Below, piece after piece: positions 1 to 11,262 of a DNA stretch of 32,240 bases. The notes under the pieces were generated by a model, which saw nothing but the letters and a program-made list of their open reading frames with translations, had not been told where the DNA came from and did not search any database. How positions within the stretch are numbered: position 1 is the first letter of the stretch; every line of letters starts with the position of its first letter. This DNA is from Spirogloea muscicola (lineage: Eukaryota). The position numbers were made by a program, and so were the translations under genes. Location: positions 70,671 to 102,910 of the forward strand of contig WELB01000028.1 of NCBI GenBank assembly GCA_009602725.1, written 5' to 3'.

Positions 1-107
<107 letters not shown>

Positions 108-279
108 CCCCGCCCCCCTTTTCCACCTGTCGCGTGCCTCGCCCCTTCCCTCTCTCCATCTCCCCCACCCTTTTTCCTCGTGTCCCACCAACAGCCCTAC
201 TCTATGTGCTACATGGCCACCGTCAAGATGCATGGCTTCACAACAACCTGCAAAGTTGTTGAGTCGTGGGCACTACCCA

Positions 280-1097
280 GGTCAGGCACGTGGCACTGCA
301 CATGTCATGGCTTGCTCTCGGGCTATTGCACCAATTTTGGCCATTGTGGGCCCACAAGACGTTGTGCTCTATTGCGAAGTATCGCCATAGCAAGTATGTG
401 TTATTATAGGCGAACGTGCTCTGAATTCTGTGCGCTTCTCCCTCCAGGTCGTGCAAGGCCATTGCCGTCCACTCGAGCTTGGTCACTCATCTGATTGGCC
501 ATGTAGCCGCCTCCGTATGGCACGGCAGACACCAGGTTCCTTGCCTCTAGTTCACCAATCGCCACTCCTGAGGCTGGCAGGTCCGTTTGGCAAGCTTGCG
601 CTGACAATGTGGGCTGGCATCCAGTCCCGCAGCCACGGCGGCAGCAGCTTTAGGAGGAACCGTGCCACTCTAGTTTTACCACTTGGAGAGACGTGCTGGC
701 GTGCAGCTACGGCAGGGCCTAGTATCTGCTGTGCTCGTATGCAGGGACGGCAGTGCACTTTGCGCCTCTGACTCAATTGAGGATTTTGAGTCTGCATCGA
801 TGCTGACGCCTTATTCGGATCCTGGTTAAAGCTACCGCGCGGCGACCTTCTTTCTGAAGGGTCAGAGGTTTGTAGACTAAGCTGAGACCGATAGGCGGCA
901 CATCCAGCGCAAGGCATATGGAGCCAACATAGGAGTCCAACTGAGTTGGATTGGACTTGAAGCCACCATCTATCTGGCCACGTGGAACCACAGAACTTGC
1001 TAGTATAAAGACTGTCCCCCAGTATTACCCAAGACATGGACTTTTCCACCACATTCGGGCTGCCCTTCCACTGCCGCCGCAACCTCCTCAGAGCTTC
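280..1097 (+). mobile_element. Possible older, heavily decayed RLE non-LTR retrotransposon remnant
   Basis: The tail at 1057-1097 shares GGGCTGCCCTTCCAC exactly with the element 3' UTR at ~10375-10389 (-). Upstream, broken frames give weak motifs in the expected order: Cys/His patch (CTCHG..C..GH), ATPEAGRSV, YAGTAVHFAPL, IQR. The ORF part is uncertain. Confidence 0.35.
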
Positions 1098-1353
1098 TTC
1101 ATTCCTTGGCCGCGCAAGTGTGTCTAAATGTCAACAGTGCAAGAAATATAGAGCCTCTTGCAGACAGCGGCTGCGCCTTCTGTGATGATGAGACGCCAAT
1201 ACCTTGAGCAAGTTAAGATTCAAGAGGCTCCTTGTGAAGAGCGCTCTTCTTGCATTGCTTGAATGATGTCGGTGGGCAGTCCCATGGGCCGCTGCTGGGA
1301 GGCTCGGGTAGGTCCACTACCGCCGGGGTGCACGGACATGCAACTTCTGACCG

Positions 1354-1600
1354 AAAAGGGAGGAGGGCTGTGAAAAGCCCCGCCGACACCAAAGAACGCA
1401 GGTCATGAGTCGGCATTAACTCGCGATCTCCCAGTCCAGAAGAAAGGGCTCGCCAATTGAGGATAGGGGCCCCCGGCAGGGCCGGCCAGCCTCGGTGTGC
1501 ACAGCAGGACATGGCCGACAGATCATCGCTGCTCTCTCCTGAAACGCGGCAAACAACTGCTGTGAGCAGGTGTAGCGGTGCGCCGCCGTCGCCTGGCCTA
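1354..1600 (-). mobile_element. Decayed 3' end of CRE-like non-LTR retrotransposon
   Basis: 1444-1470 matches 10434-10460 at 26/27 nt. A second UTR subunit lies at 1354-1380. There is a weak ORF-tail echo (PLHL..FQE..DL) at ~1520-1600. Confidence 0.65.
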
Positions 1601-1784
1601 AATTGTCCTGCCGCCTTCCCCGCGTCCTGTCCGGTCCCCGGGAAGTTGTCTGGACGGACACAGCCGTCCATCATTTGCCTTTGTCCTGCTTGGCCTGTCC
1701 TCCCAGCACTCGGCCGCTGCAGCCGAGCCTCCCAGCGTTGACTACGGCCTGCTGGATGATGGCTCTCCGTTGCAGCCACTGGTT

Positions 1785-2210
1785 CCTACCTCGACGCGCT
1801 TCGTCCCGCAGGCGCAAAGAGCAGGCCGACTTCAACGCCGCTGGTCGCCTGAGCTATTTCACAATCGCTTGTCCTGCCATATTCCTCCAGCGGTCCATGG
1901 CCCAGGCCTTGCATCTGCGTGCCGGCCGTGCTTTAGCCACACCCCCAGGCTTTCGTCAAGGGGACTGCTTTCCGGCGGCTAGTCGTCTGACTTGCGGCTA
2001 CTAATCAGATCATACTGATACTGATCAGAGAATACTAAGTGATTATCGTGCATGGTGCTTGCTTGAATATGTCCTTCAGCACTTTTCGGCCCCTTCGGGC
2101 CTTGTCAACTCTGTCACAGCCTCGCCCCCCTTGGGTGACCTTATTCTTTGTACATGCCACACTTTTTGGGCTGGCCATTCACTGCCCTCGCCCCCTTTGG
2201 GAAGAGCTTA
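1785..2210 (+). mobile_element. 5'-truncated CRE-like (RLE) non-LTR retrotransposon copy
   Basis: Encodes RRASSRRRKEQADFNAAG..LQRSMAQALHLRAGRALA..CFPAA..SDLRLLI..REY* (stop 2036-2038), homologous to the copies at 10345-10980 and 13856-14410. It is followed by the shared pyrimidine-rich UTR motifs (2080-2210). Confidence 0.85.
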
Positions 2211-2896
2211 CTTTCTGTACCTTCAACCTTCATTCTTGACCCGAGTTCTGGACCAGGGGAACCCTCTCTTACTGGACCCCTTGCGTGAATCACGCACCAG
2301 CTCGACTACCCCTTCCTATCCAACCGTGTGCACTGCGTGCCCTCTGATTTATAGAGCCGGCAGCTGCCCTGCTCGCCTGCTGAGCCCCCGCTCTCCACCT
2401 GCACCTCCGCAGCTCCGTGCAGGGGCGCCCTCTCGGCCGCATCAAGCCCAGAGAACATCGATGCCTCGTCTATGAGGGCGCTACCACCCTGGAGCGCCTC
2501 CACAAGATGTAGGCTGCTGCCATGAGTATGTCGCACCCCAATTGCGCGTGATGGTTGACCGGCTTGCAGGCTCAAGTTTCTCAATGTTCACAGAAGTCTC
2601 CCTCTTGACTGTTGATGGTCGCATGCTGTAGCCCCTAGGTTTCTGCCTCGATTGACGTAATTTACCAGTAACTTGTGAATCAAGACACGATGAGTCGCGC
2701 TCATGACTCATCATCTGAAGCATTTGACATGTTGAAAGAACATAGCATGCTTGCGTGACTTTCCTCGTGACGACCTCGTGACAACATACTGCCACTCACT
2801 ACTGCTGGACGGCTGTGGACCTCAACAGCAACTTCCACATGCGCCCAGTAATGTTACAGTGTCAAGGAGCTGCAGCACAATGTGAACATTGTACTC

Positions 2897-5698
2897 TCAG
2901 CTCCCCGCGACAGTGATAGCCGATGGCGCGGCCGCATCGTCTATTGTCCGCTCGTGCTCTTTGTTGAGGATCTGCACATCACAATTGCATCAACATGATT
3001 ATGGGTTTTCTGCGTTACTGTTCCTCTTTGGAGGGGCAAGCCTCTTCTGCAGACTTCACATCTGTAACGTGCACGCTCGCTCTCGTGGACACCAGCGGAC
3101 TCCAGAGACCGTGACTTCAATATCCTTGCTTTCCCTATCTCAACTATGCATCAAACGCAGCTTGGCCAGTCAGGAGCCACTTGCCTTGTTGTTGATGAGA
3201 TTGTGAAGGGCTACCACGCTTCGTATCAAGGAGGAGAGGTAGATGACCAGCATCATGTCGTTTGTCTTCACTGCACATGCCATCGCCCAGACCAACCACG
3301 CGACTGGACGTTACCAGTCAGCTGTCCAGCCAAATGGAGCTGGCTAAGCACAATCTTGCGCCACGCTCGACACAGGGTCTTACAGGCGACCCTCGACTCT
3401 GCACAGCTGGGAAATAGTGCGTAATTTGTGAGCCAAGATGTCAGGGAGGCTCACCAGCAAAGGACGTCACAAGGTCCTGCACGTTCAAATTGGGCAGCAA
3501 GTTGAAGACGTCCTGCCATGAGCAATGATTACGGAGTAGTCAATCACAATGTTGGAGAAGCTCATCTTTAGAGGGCGGCTAGAACATGCAGCATATACCA
3601 ACTGGCTGCCAAATCTGCACCCATGGCTTCAGATTCATCTACCACAACGTCACGTCAAGAGACCAATGACCGACTTCATGATGAGAACCAACAAATTAAT
3701 ATCTCATGCTGCAAATTTACAGCAGATGGAGGGCAGCAAAGAACCTGTAAGTGATACATGATCTCATGATTGACGGGCAGCTTGCCGTCCACAACCAGAT
3801 TGAGGTAAGCTTGGATCTCTTTCAATCGAGACTCGAGCCCTTTCAGGGCGTTCATCTTGGCGCTGACCTGTGTATGCCAAGACCAGCTTGCAGCTGAGTC
3901 ACAGCAGACCTTGTGCCAACAAGCATGCTAGCACTGCAGCAAAAAGGGCTGCGAGAGGGAGCTGGAGTAAGTGAACAAATGCGGCGTGCACCTCGCTGGC
4001 CAGTGTGCTGATGGTGGAGTCCTTGACGTCCCGCAGTAGGTGCTCCACTCCTGCACGTTGCAGACAAATTTTTGGAACAACAAGCCTCAGGCTGCAGCGG
4101 ACAGCAGCTTCTCACTGCAGCGCAACAGAACCTGAAGACCCGACCAGTATGCTCCTCCTCTTAGATGCTCAGTTCCATGTCATTAGTCATTTGAAGCGCA
4201 GGTGTGCAAACTCAAGTGTCAAGATGCTGAAGACCAACGTGGGCCGTCCCTGAGGAACAAGTAGTGAAGGTGCGATGCAAGTGGCTTGACAGCTTGCGTG
4301 CCAGGTGCTAATGGACCCTGGCAAGCTAGGTGCTTAAGAAAGGGGACCCTTCAATCAAGCCTTCTCAAGAGCTAGTTGCTCACCTATCTCCTCTGCTTCA
4401 TAAGCGCCAATCTCAGAGGCTATGTGGACAAACGCCTTCTGGCTCTTCTGTGTGCCATCCTGCAGCAGCACCGATGGAGGACAACAAAGGGCCCTTGCTG
4501 TAAAGGAGCCCACAGCATAAGCTTCTTGCATCCACTTGGTGCACATGAAATAGCAGTGACCCGAATCCTCGGCTGCAGACTAGCAACCAAGCTGAAGCGA
4601 TCAGGCCGGGTGCACACCTCCTTGACCTCCTCCACAGCACAGTAAGCCTTGGTGGGAATCCCCAGCTCCTTGGGCTGCACATCAATGATCACCAGCACCG
4701 GATTCGCGCAGTAGCTGCATGCAAGAGCAAGGGACGGCTTCAGAAACTTAGGGAGAGCCCTGCAGGTGCCCGGACTGTGCAAGGGAAAGAGCAGTGACTT
4801 TGGCGAGCTCGCAGTGAAAAGCTTGCAAAAAGCCGACGACCAGCTCCTCTGCTCGGGTAGTTGCGTGCAGTGGGGCTCGCCAGCCCGAGACTCGGCCCTG
4901 CCCGTCTCCGGCTTGACTGGGCCATCGCTCTGGCCAGCTACGCTACTGTGTGGTTGCACTTGCACCAGCTGGCCGACTCGTCAACACGAGGTACTTTTCC
5001 TGCTGGGTTCATGGGCAGTGACGGGCTCGAGGTGCTGGCTTTGTGGGTCAAGACGAGAGAAAAGGGTAGGTGGGGCCAGGCAGTGTGCGCACTTGAGGAT
5101 GAGCTCGTGGATGTCCAGGTCGCTCTCGCGGAGCTTCGGGCCGGTGCTGTACCACCCCACCACGTGCTCCTTGGCTGCGGTAGCGGCGGCAGCCACTGTG
5201 GCATGAGGAAGCTCGCCAATGGAGCCGGGCATGGCCCTGCCGTCGGGCGCTGAGGCCAGCGGCCGTGGCGCGGACGTGGGCGGAGCTCGGGGAGGCGCGT
5301 AAATAGCTGTTATATTTTATTCTTTTCCTGTAAGTCTTGATACTAGTCCACCCTACTAAAAGGCAAATTGGTACTGATTGTGTAGTCAGAAATACATACG
5401 ATACAGAGATCCCATCTGATTAAACAGAAGAATTCGTATTACCATTGATCTTCTTGAACATGGCGAGCATGGCCTCGTGGTAGTTGTGGTCCAGGAACCA
5501 GATGTCGGCGGAGCGCTCGTCCTCCTCGAACGGCACGGCGTACGAGTTGGTGACGTCCACGCGGCCGCGCCGCGCCTCGCCCAGCAGCACGCCCACGACG
5601 CGCGCGCGCACGTCGCGCGCCGCGCGGTTGTAGTTGTCCACGATGCTCAGCAGCACCAGCGGGTGCACCACCACGCGCTCCACCGCCAAGCCCGGCAT
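2897..5698 (-). CDS. RPN8: 26S proteasome lid subunit RPN8/PSMD7 (MPN domain), 9 exons, ~303 aa
   Basis: Exons 5698-5443, 5174-5093, 4714-4618, 4459-4384, 4050-3992, 3867-3745, 3512-3455, 3270-3185, 2971-2897 total 912 nt in frame. Motifs: [67 protein letters not shown]. The last intron is GC-AG. The start could extend into the gap. Confidence 0.97.
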
Positions 5699-5736
5699 CG
5701 CCGCCGCAGCCGCCGCCGCAGCCCCGGGCCGCCGCC

Positions 5737-6060
5737 NNNNNNNNNNNNNNNNNNNNNNNNNNNNNNNNNNNNNNNNNNNNNNNNNNNNNNNNNNNNNNNN
5801 NNNNNNNNNNNNNNNNNNNNNNNNNNNNNNNNNNNNNNNNNNNNNNNNNNNNNNNNNNNNNNNNNNNNNNNNNNNNNNNNNNNNNNNNNNNNNNNNNNNN
5901 NNNNNNNNNNNNNNNNNNNNNNNNNNNNNNNNNNNNNNNNNNNNNNNNNNNNNNNNNNNNNNNNNNNNNNNNNNNNNNNNNNNNNNNNNNNNNNNNNNNN
6001 NNNNNNNNNNNNNNNNNNNNNNNNNNNNNNNNNNNNNNNNNNNNNNNNNNNNNNNNNNNN
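5737..6060. other. Assembly gap covering the divergent RPN8/kinesin promoter and the kinesin start
   Basis: N run flanked by (CCG)n-like GC-rich sequence. Confidence 0.95.
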
Positions 6061-9000
6061 CGGCGGCGGCGGCGGCGGCGGCGTCCGAGGGCGCGGCGCG
6101 GCGCAGCGGCACGTCGACGACGCCGACCTCTTCGATATACGGCTCTCGCCCGCGGCCCCGTCGCACCGCACTCGAGGTGCTTGGCCTGGTCCTCAGCCAC
6201 CATCCTGCGCAGCGGCGCGGCGGCGGCAGCGGGGGTGCCTCCCATCGCCGCAGATATCTGCTGAGAGCCCCGCAGCAGGCTCGTGATAGCCAGGCAGCGG
6301 CTGTTGCTGATATCCAGCGAGCGGGGGCGGCGCCATGCAGCGCCGCAGAGAGCCGCGCCGCGGCGCGCGCCGCAGGTGGTGGTGCGCTTCAAGCCGACCA
6401 GCAAGTGAGCCTCCATCGCCTTGCAAGACCCCCTTGCCACCCTCCCTGCGCCGGCTGAGGCAGGTTTCACGGCTGGCCGTGGCAGCCACTTGACAGCCGC
6501 CGCAGCTCCAGCTTACATTATAGCTTATCAAGCTCATCTTCGCAGGGCCGCGCTGCCGTCCGGCATCCAGGTCTCCAACAGCCAACGCAGGCGAGCCCTC
6601 TGCACGCTGCCGTGGCTCTGGAGTCCCGCAAGTCTCGCAAGAGCAGGCTGGTCGGGCTGGACTGCCTTGAACCGCCCTTCCGTTGACATTGTGAAGCTTG
6701 TCGTGGTCCAGCATCCGCGTCAGACAGCAGGGGACCAAAACGCAGGACTTCCGCCTTGACGGTGTCTCCCCAGCGCAGAGCGAAAGCCTGGAGGTGTTCC
6801 ACGCCAAGCATATTGCTGGTCGAGTGGAGGATGTCTGCACGGGAGGCAGCTGCACTATCTTCGCTTACGGCCCTGCAGGTGCTTACAGAAAGAGCTGCTG
6901 CAGAATGATGGTCAGCATAGCCTTTGCTGCTAAAAATTTTGGACCATAAATGTGGATGGGTTGGCCAGGAAGTGGTAATATCTAACTAAGCGGCCCCTCC
7001 CCAGCAAGTGGTCAACATTGTGATGTAGCCCTGAGCCTGCACCCTGAGCAGGCTCAGGCAAGTCCTCCACGGCTTTTGGGCACGGGAACGGAGTTGCTAT
7101 CCTTTGTCTACATTCCATACTCCGCAACCAAATGGTGAGATCCAGGGGCTGGGGTTGCTGTAGACGTGGTATGGCTCACTCTTGCTGCTGTAAGCTCACA
7201 CAAATAAGCCCACTTGCAGGCTATGCAATCTTCACAGGGTTGCTCGTATTACACATGATATCTACATCTTGTTGTTATTTCTCGTCGCAGACAAGTGGTT
7301 CCTGTGATGTGAAGCTGCGCATCCTAGAGGTGCACAATGAGGAGGTATACGACCTCCTGGGGACAATGATGACTGGCACCCGCCAAAAGGTTGCCGACCC
7401 CTCAACTGCCAAGCTGAAGGTACAGTTCTTGTCCTTACATGCTCTAAGCTGGCAGTATCCCTCAAGTTCGCCCCTGTAGCTTCTTGATGGATGTCTTCCA
7501 ACTCAAGGAGGAGATAAGTATTTCATCGAAGTGCCGGCCTCCTCTGGCAGGCAGTGAGCTTGTGCGGTTCAGACTCCAGCAAATGCACTGAGGGCTTGAT
7601 GAGGGTGGGCAAGTACCAAATGAGCTCGGGGCAGGCCAGCCACTGCCTGGTGAAGCTGCGTATCTCATTTCTGGGGATATCGTGACTTGCATGAGTTGGT
7701 AGGACCAAGAAATTTCCTGCAAAGTTGTCATGGCATGAATGCATGTGATCTTTGCTTAAAGCAAAAAGACCGAGAAGCACCTTGAAATCATTAAGCCTGT
7801 CAAGAATTGCACTAATGTTTCTCCTGGACGTTGAGTTGTCCAAGCCGTGTGGCGCAGCCTGCCTTGTGTGCTTGTGTATGATCACCTGCTCCGTGTCGTA
7901 GTAGAACCACAGAGAATATCCAGTTGACCTGCCTTATTTTCGCTCTATTTAGGTGCTCCTTGACCTACCATCCGTGGGTGGAACCTTGGTGGTTGCAGAT
8001 TTGGCTGCTGCAAAGGTAGACCTACAATAGAGTCTTGGGCCATTGCAGCTGTAAGACTGAGTTGTCAATAGCTTGTTCAGTGACTGGTCGGTGCCCTTGC
8101 CTAGGCTCTTCCGAGCGCTTGAATAGTGACAGACACCTTCTCTTAAATTGCCCTGACTGCAGTCTGCAACGAGAAGCGATGTTGCCCTGGAAAAAGTGAT
8201 GGACGCGATCGTAGGTGGGAAGGAGCAAGTACCTTATAAATTGAGCTGGTTGACGAGAATCCTACAGGTGATGGTCCACTTTGTCGTCAGTCTGTGCATG
8301 GAGCCCTTGACCTTGCTTATTATGGAGGCAGTGCTCGAAATTTGTCCCTCCAATGCCAGGTATGGATGTTACCAATCTTCAGGGGCCAATGGAAGACGAG
8401 GGAGCACATGTCTTGGTCATCCTTTGCGCGGATCCCCATCCCGCTTGCCTGCCTCAGACACTGTCAACCTTGCAGCTTGGTAGACATTGGAGGCGCACAG
8501 ATGTGAAGGCGTCAGCATTGCCCAGGTCATTCTCTTACTTTTATACCAGTCCTCTTTGCCCACATTGCAACTACTAGTAAGGAAGATATGGTCATGCATG
8601 TACTCATGGTTGCTGCCAAGGAACTTCACCTTTTCCTGCAGAAGGTCCATCAATGTCCGTGGTCAATAATGACATGAACATGACAGCAGGCAGAGTGCAG
8701 GAGAAGCTGTGGTTCAAAGTGAAGTCAGAGACAACACTGAGATCGAAGCTCAGCTTCAGGAGAGGGACGAGTATATTGAGATCCTAATGAGGGACAGGGA
8801 GAGGGTTCTCAAGGAGAGCGCTCAGAAGGCAGCTGAGGCTGCAAGAATAGGGAAGGAGGCAGTGGTGTTGAGGGAGAAGCTTCAGGCGATGGAGCTTCGG
8901 ACAAAGGTGCATTTTGTCACAAGTAGTTTGATTTCTGGTCCTTCTGCATGCCTGACAGTGCTGTTCATTGCTCATTACGGCCTTTGTATTCTTGTATGCA

Positions 9001-9624
9001 TGATCCTTTGCTACTAGTAATTAAGCATCAGTTGGATCGCAGAACTCTCTCCTGGACAACTCTGTCGCGCATCACGACATATGTGGAGCTCATTGTGCCA
9101 CATTAGAGGGGGCAGTGGGGCCCTTGACCCAGACAATGCAGAATAGGTCAAGTAGCACGAAGGCACTTGTTTGCCATCAAGGCACTAAGTGTCACCACTA
9201 TCCAAGTGAGGCAGGGGCTGCTCCCAGCAACAAATCTGCAGGAGCTGCAGTGGATGCTACTGTGACCAGTCCATCTCGGAGCTTGCCTCTTGGCTCACAG
9301 AGCTGCATTGCTGTACAACCGAGCACCTCCTGGACGACATCAGGAATCCACGTCTGTCAAAGTGCGGCTGCAGGCGAGCCCAGGACGCGCATCAAAGACC
9401 ACCCAGACAATCTCCAGGCGCTCGTCAGGAAGCTCTCTGGCGCCCTAGACACAGTGGCAGGAGTGCCGAGCCAGGGAGTGCTTTGCAACACTTCCGTAAC
9501 ACGTATGCAGCTAGAAGAGTTAGCAGCTCCAGCCACAGAAGACACTCCTTGTTGGCTCCCCTCTGCTTATGAAGCTGGCAAGGGCCTCTCATTAACAGCG
9601 AGGTACCTGGAGCGCAGAAGGTGA
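6061..9624 (+). CDS. Divergent PAKRP2/KINID1-like (kinesin-10-type) kinesin, N-terminal motor plus coiled coil; start in gap, 3' end uncertain
   Basis: Phase-consistent exons <6061-6176, 6376-6404, 6712-6878, 7052-7134, 7291-7419, 7551-7649, 7953-8015, 8163-8267, 8383-8525, 8690-8906, 9043-9624. Motifs: EVVVRFKP, DFRLDGVS, CTIFAYGPAGSGKS, LEVHNEEVYDLL, LDLPSVGG, VILCADP. The DFxLDGVS and LDxPxVGG motifs are characteristic of PAKRP2 as recalled. Confidence 0.85.
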
Positions 9625-9869
9625 TGTTCCTAGTCGGGGTGGCATCAAGCTGGCCAATTAAAATGCGAGCCTCTTTGCGGACTCGCTCATCAAACAAACA
9701 TTCCTTGTTGTAGTCAAATCAAAGAAACGACTACAACCCTGTTCACAGAAATGGCGGGCTTGTTCATACCATTGCCTTTGCAATGCACTTACTCAGCAGG
9801 CTTCTACTAGAGTGACTGACTTCAACAGGACTTTTCTTAGACACATTGCTACTTGGCAGAGAGAAGAAG

Positions 9870-9955
9870 AAGCAGCTCTTTCAAAGGGGGCGAGGGCTGT
9901 GACAAGCCAGCCCACAAAGAGGTTGAACAAGGTCCAAAGGAGCTGGAGAGTGTTG
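9870..9955 (-). mobile_element. Solo 3'-UTR subunit of the CRE-like element
   Basis: AGCAGCTCTTTCAAAGGGGGCGAGGGCTGTGACAAGCCAGCCCACAAAG..ACAAGGTCC closely matches 15731-15795, 13856-13935 and the reverse complement of 2160-2210. Confidence 0.8.
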
Positions 9956-10344
9956 AGACCAGGAAAGCAGTAGTTGCAAGACAGGGACATGCTGTAAGGC
10001 TGTGGTGTACATCAATCTGTACCCACCGACAAGGCTGCATGACTTCTTCAAGTCGCTCCCCCGGGCTGGAAGGTGTGAAAGGGGCAGTGTATGCTTACTG
10101 CATGACCAAGGTACTGCCAACAGATGCCAAAACATGCAAGATTGAATGAACGATGGGGTGCACACACATCCGGGGCACACTGCTGCGGCCTTGGCGGCGA
10201 GGGACATCTGATGTGGCCGGCAAGCGCTTGCCGAATGTCGCAGTGCGTTGAAGGAGAGAAGACGGCAATGTGCCGGCCTCTGCGCAGCGATATGAGCTTA
10301 CCCACGACCAACAATCAGCTCGGCTCCTGTGGAGAAGAAAGAAA

Positions 10345-10980
10345 GGAAGGGGCTTCTCAAAAGGGGCGACCGCTGTGGAAGGGCAGCCCACAAGGAAGGC
10401 ACAATGGTCCGAACGGGTGTGACATCGAAAGAGAAGGGCTCGCCCATTGAGGATAGGGGCTGGAAAAAGCCAGCCCAAAAACGAATGAACAAAGGACGAG
10501 AAGGGGCCAGGGGAAGTACAAAGAACAAGCAGCACACGAAACGAACACAGCACAAACAGAAACGAAGCAGCTACGAAGCATTCCGTAACCCCTGCTAAGC
10601 AGCTTCAGGTCTGAGAGACTGGGTTCCTGGAAGCGGGTCCTCTGGCCAGAGCCTGAGGCAGCAGCGAGGGCTCTGCCTGCACGCAGGTGCAGCGCGCGGG
10701 CCATAGACCTCTGCAGCGAGACAGCCAAGCGCATGCGCTAGCGACTTTGCTGCATGGGAGTCCACCAGCTCCCCATGGAAGCGGCGGACAATGGCGTGGC
10801 GTGAGAGCTGGTTGAGCAGCTCGAGCCACCGAGCGCCCAGCGCCCCGTGCGTATCGATGGCGAGCGGGAAGAACTCGTCTCCCCGCGGGTGATCTGCGTA
10901 TTTTAGCTCCTTGGCCCGAGCGGCGCAGGTTACCGCATACCCAGCCTTGGTGGCACACTGGGCTGGGTGTGCTGTCACGC
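10345..10980 (-). mobile_element. 5'-truncated CRE-like non-LTR retrotransposon: RLE C-terminus plus 3' UTR with two ~110-bp subunits
   Basis: AARAKELKYADHPRGDEFFPLAIDTHGALG..(frameshift)..RLAVSLQRSMARALHLRAGRALA fits the RLE signature KxxKY...FxPxAxE/DTxGxxG...RxxVxLQR. UTR subunits are at ~10460-10520 and ~10345-10420. Confidence 0.9.
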
Positions 10981-10998
10981 TCGGCGTGACAGCACACC
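10966..10998. repeat. Perfect 15-bp inverted repeat with 3-nt loop
   Basis: GGTGTGCTGTCACGC-TCG-GCGTGACAGCACACC. Confidence 0.97.
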
Positions 10999-11196
10999 TT
11001 CATGCTGCACGATCTGTGTGAGTACGAGTCTGATGCTGTGACGTACCCGTGGAACTAAAGGAGTCACCCACGAACTAAGGAATGACTCACCAATCCCCCT
11101 CTCGTGCATCATAGCGGGTACCAGGCACGCTGCCCACTCTCATGGCATTCGATCAACAACCAGACAAACAATCTCAGTGAGAGCAGGCATACGTAG

Positions 11197-11204
11197 TATA
11201 ATAA
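11197..11204 (+). promoter_or_regulatory. Candidate TATA box of the P4H-like gene
   Basis: TATAATAA just before a GC-rich stretch, about 60 nt upstream of ATGs at 11255/11263. Confidence 0.35.
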
Positions 11205-11262
11205 GTGCAAGGCGGAGCTGGGCCGGGCCGGCGCGAGCTGGGCCAAGGCGGGCCATGGCGCC

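Noticed and set aside
9870..9955. Repeat UTR motif as a self-cleaving ribozyme (HDV-like or hammerhead)
   Set aside because: The stem encloses only 6-8 nt, so there is no nested P2/P3 double pseudoknot. I found no conserved CUGANGA/GAAA core across copies.
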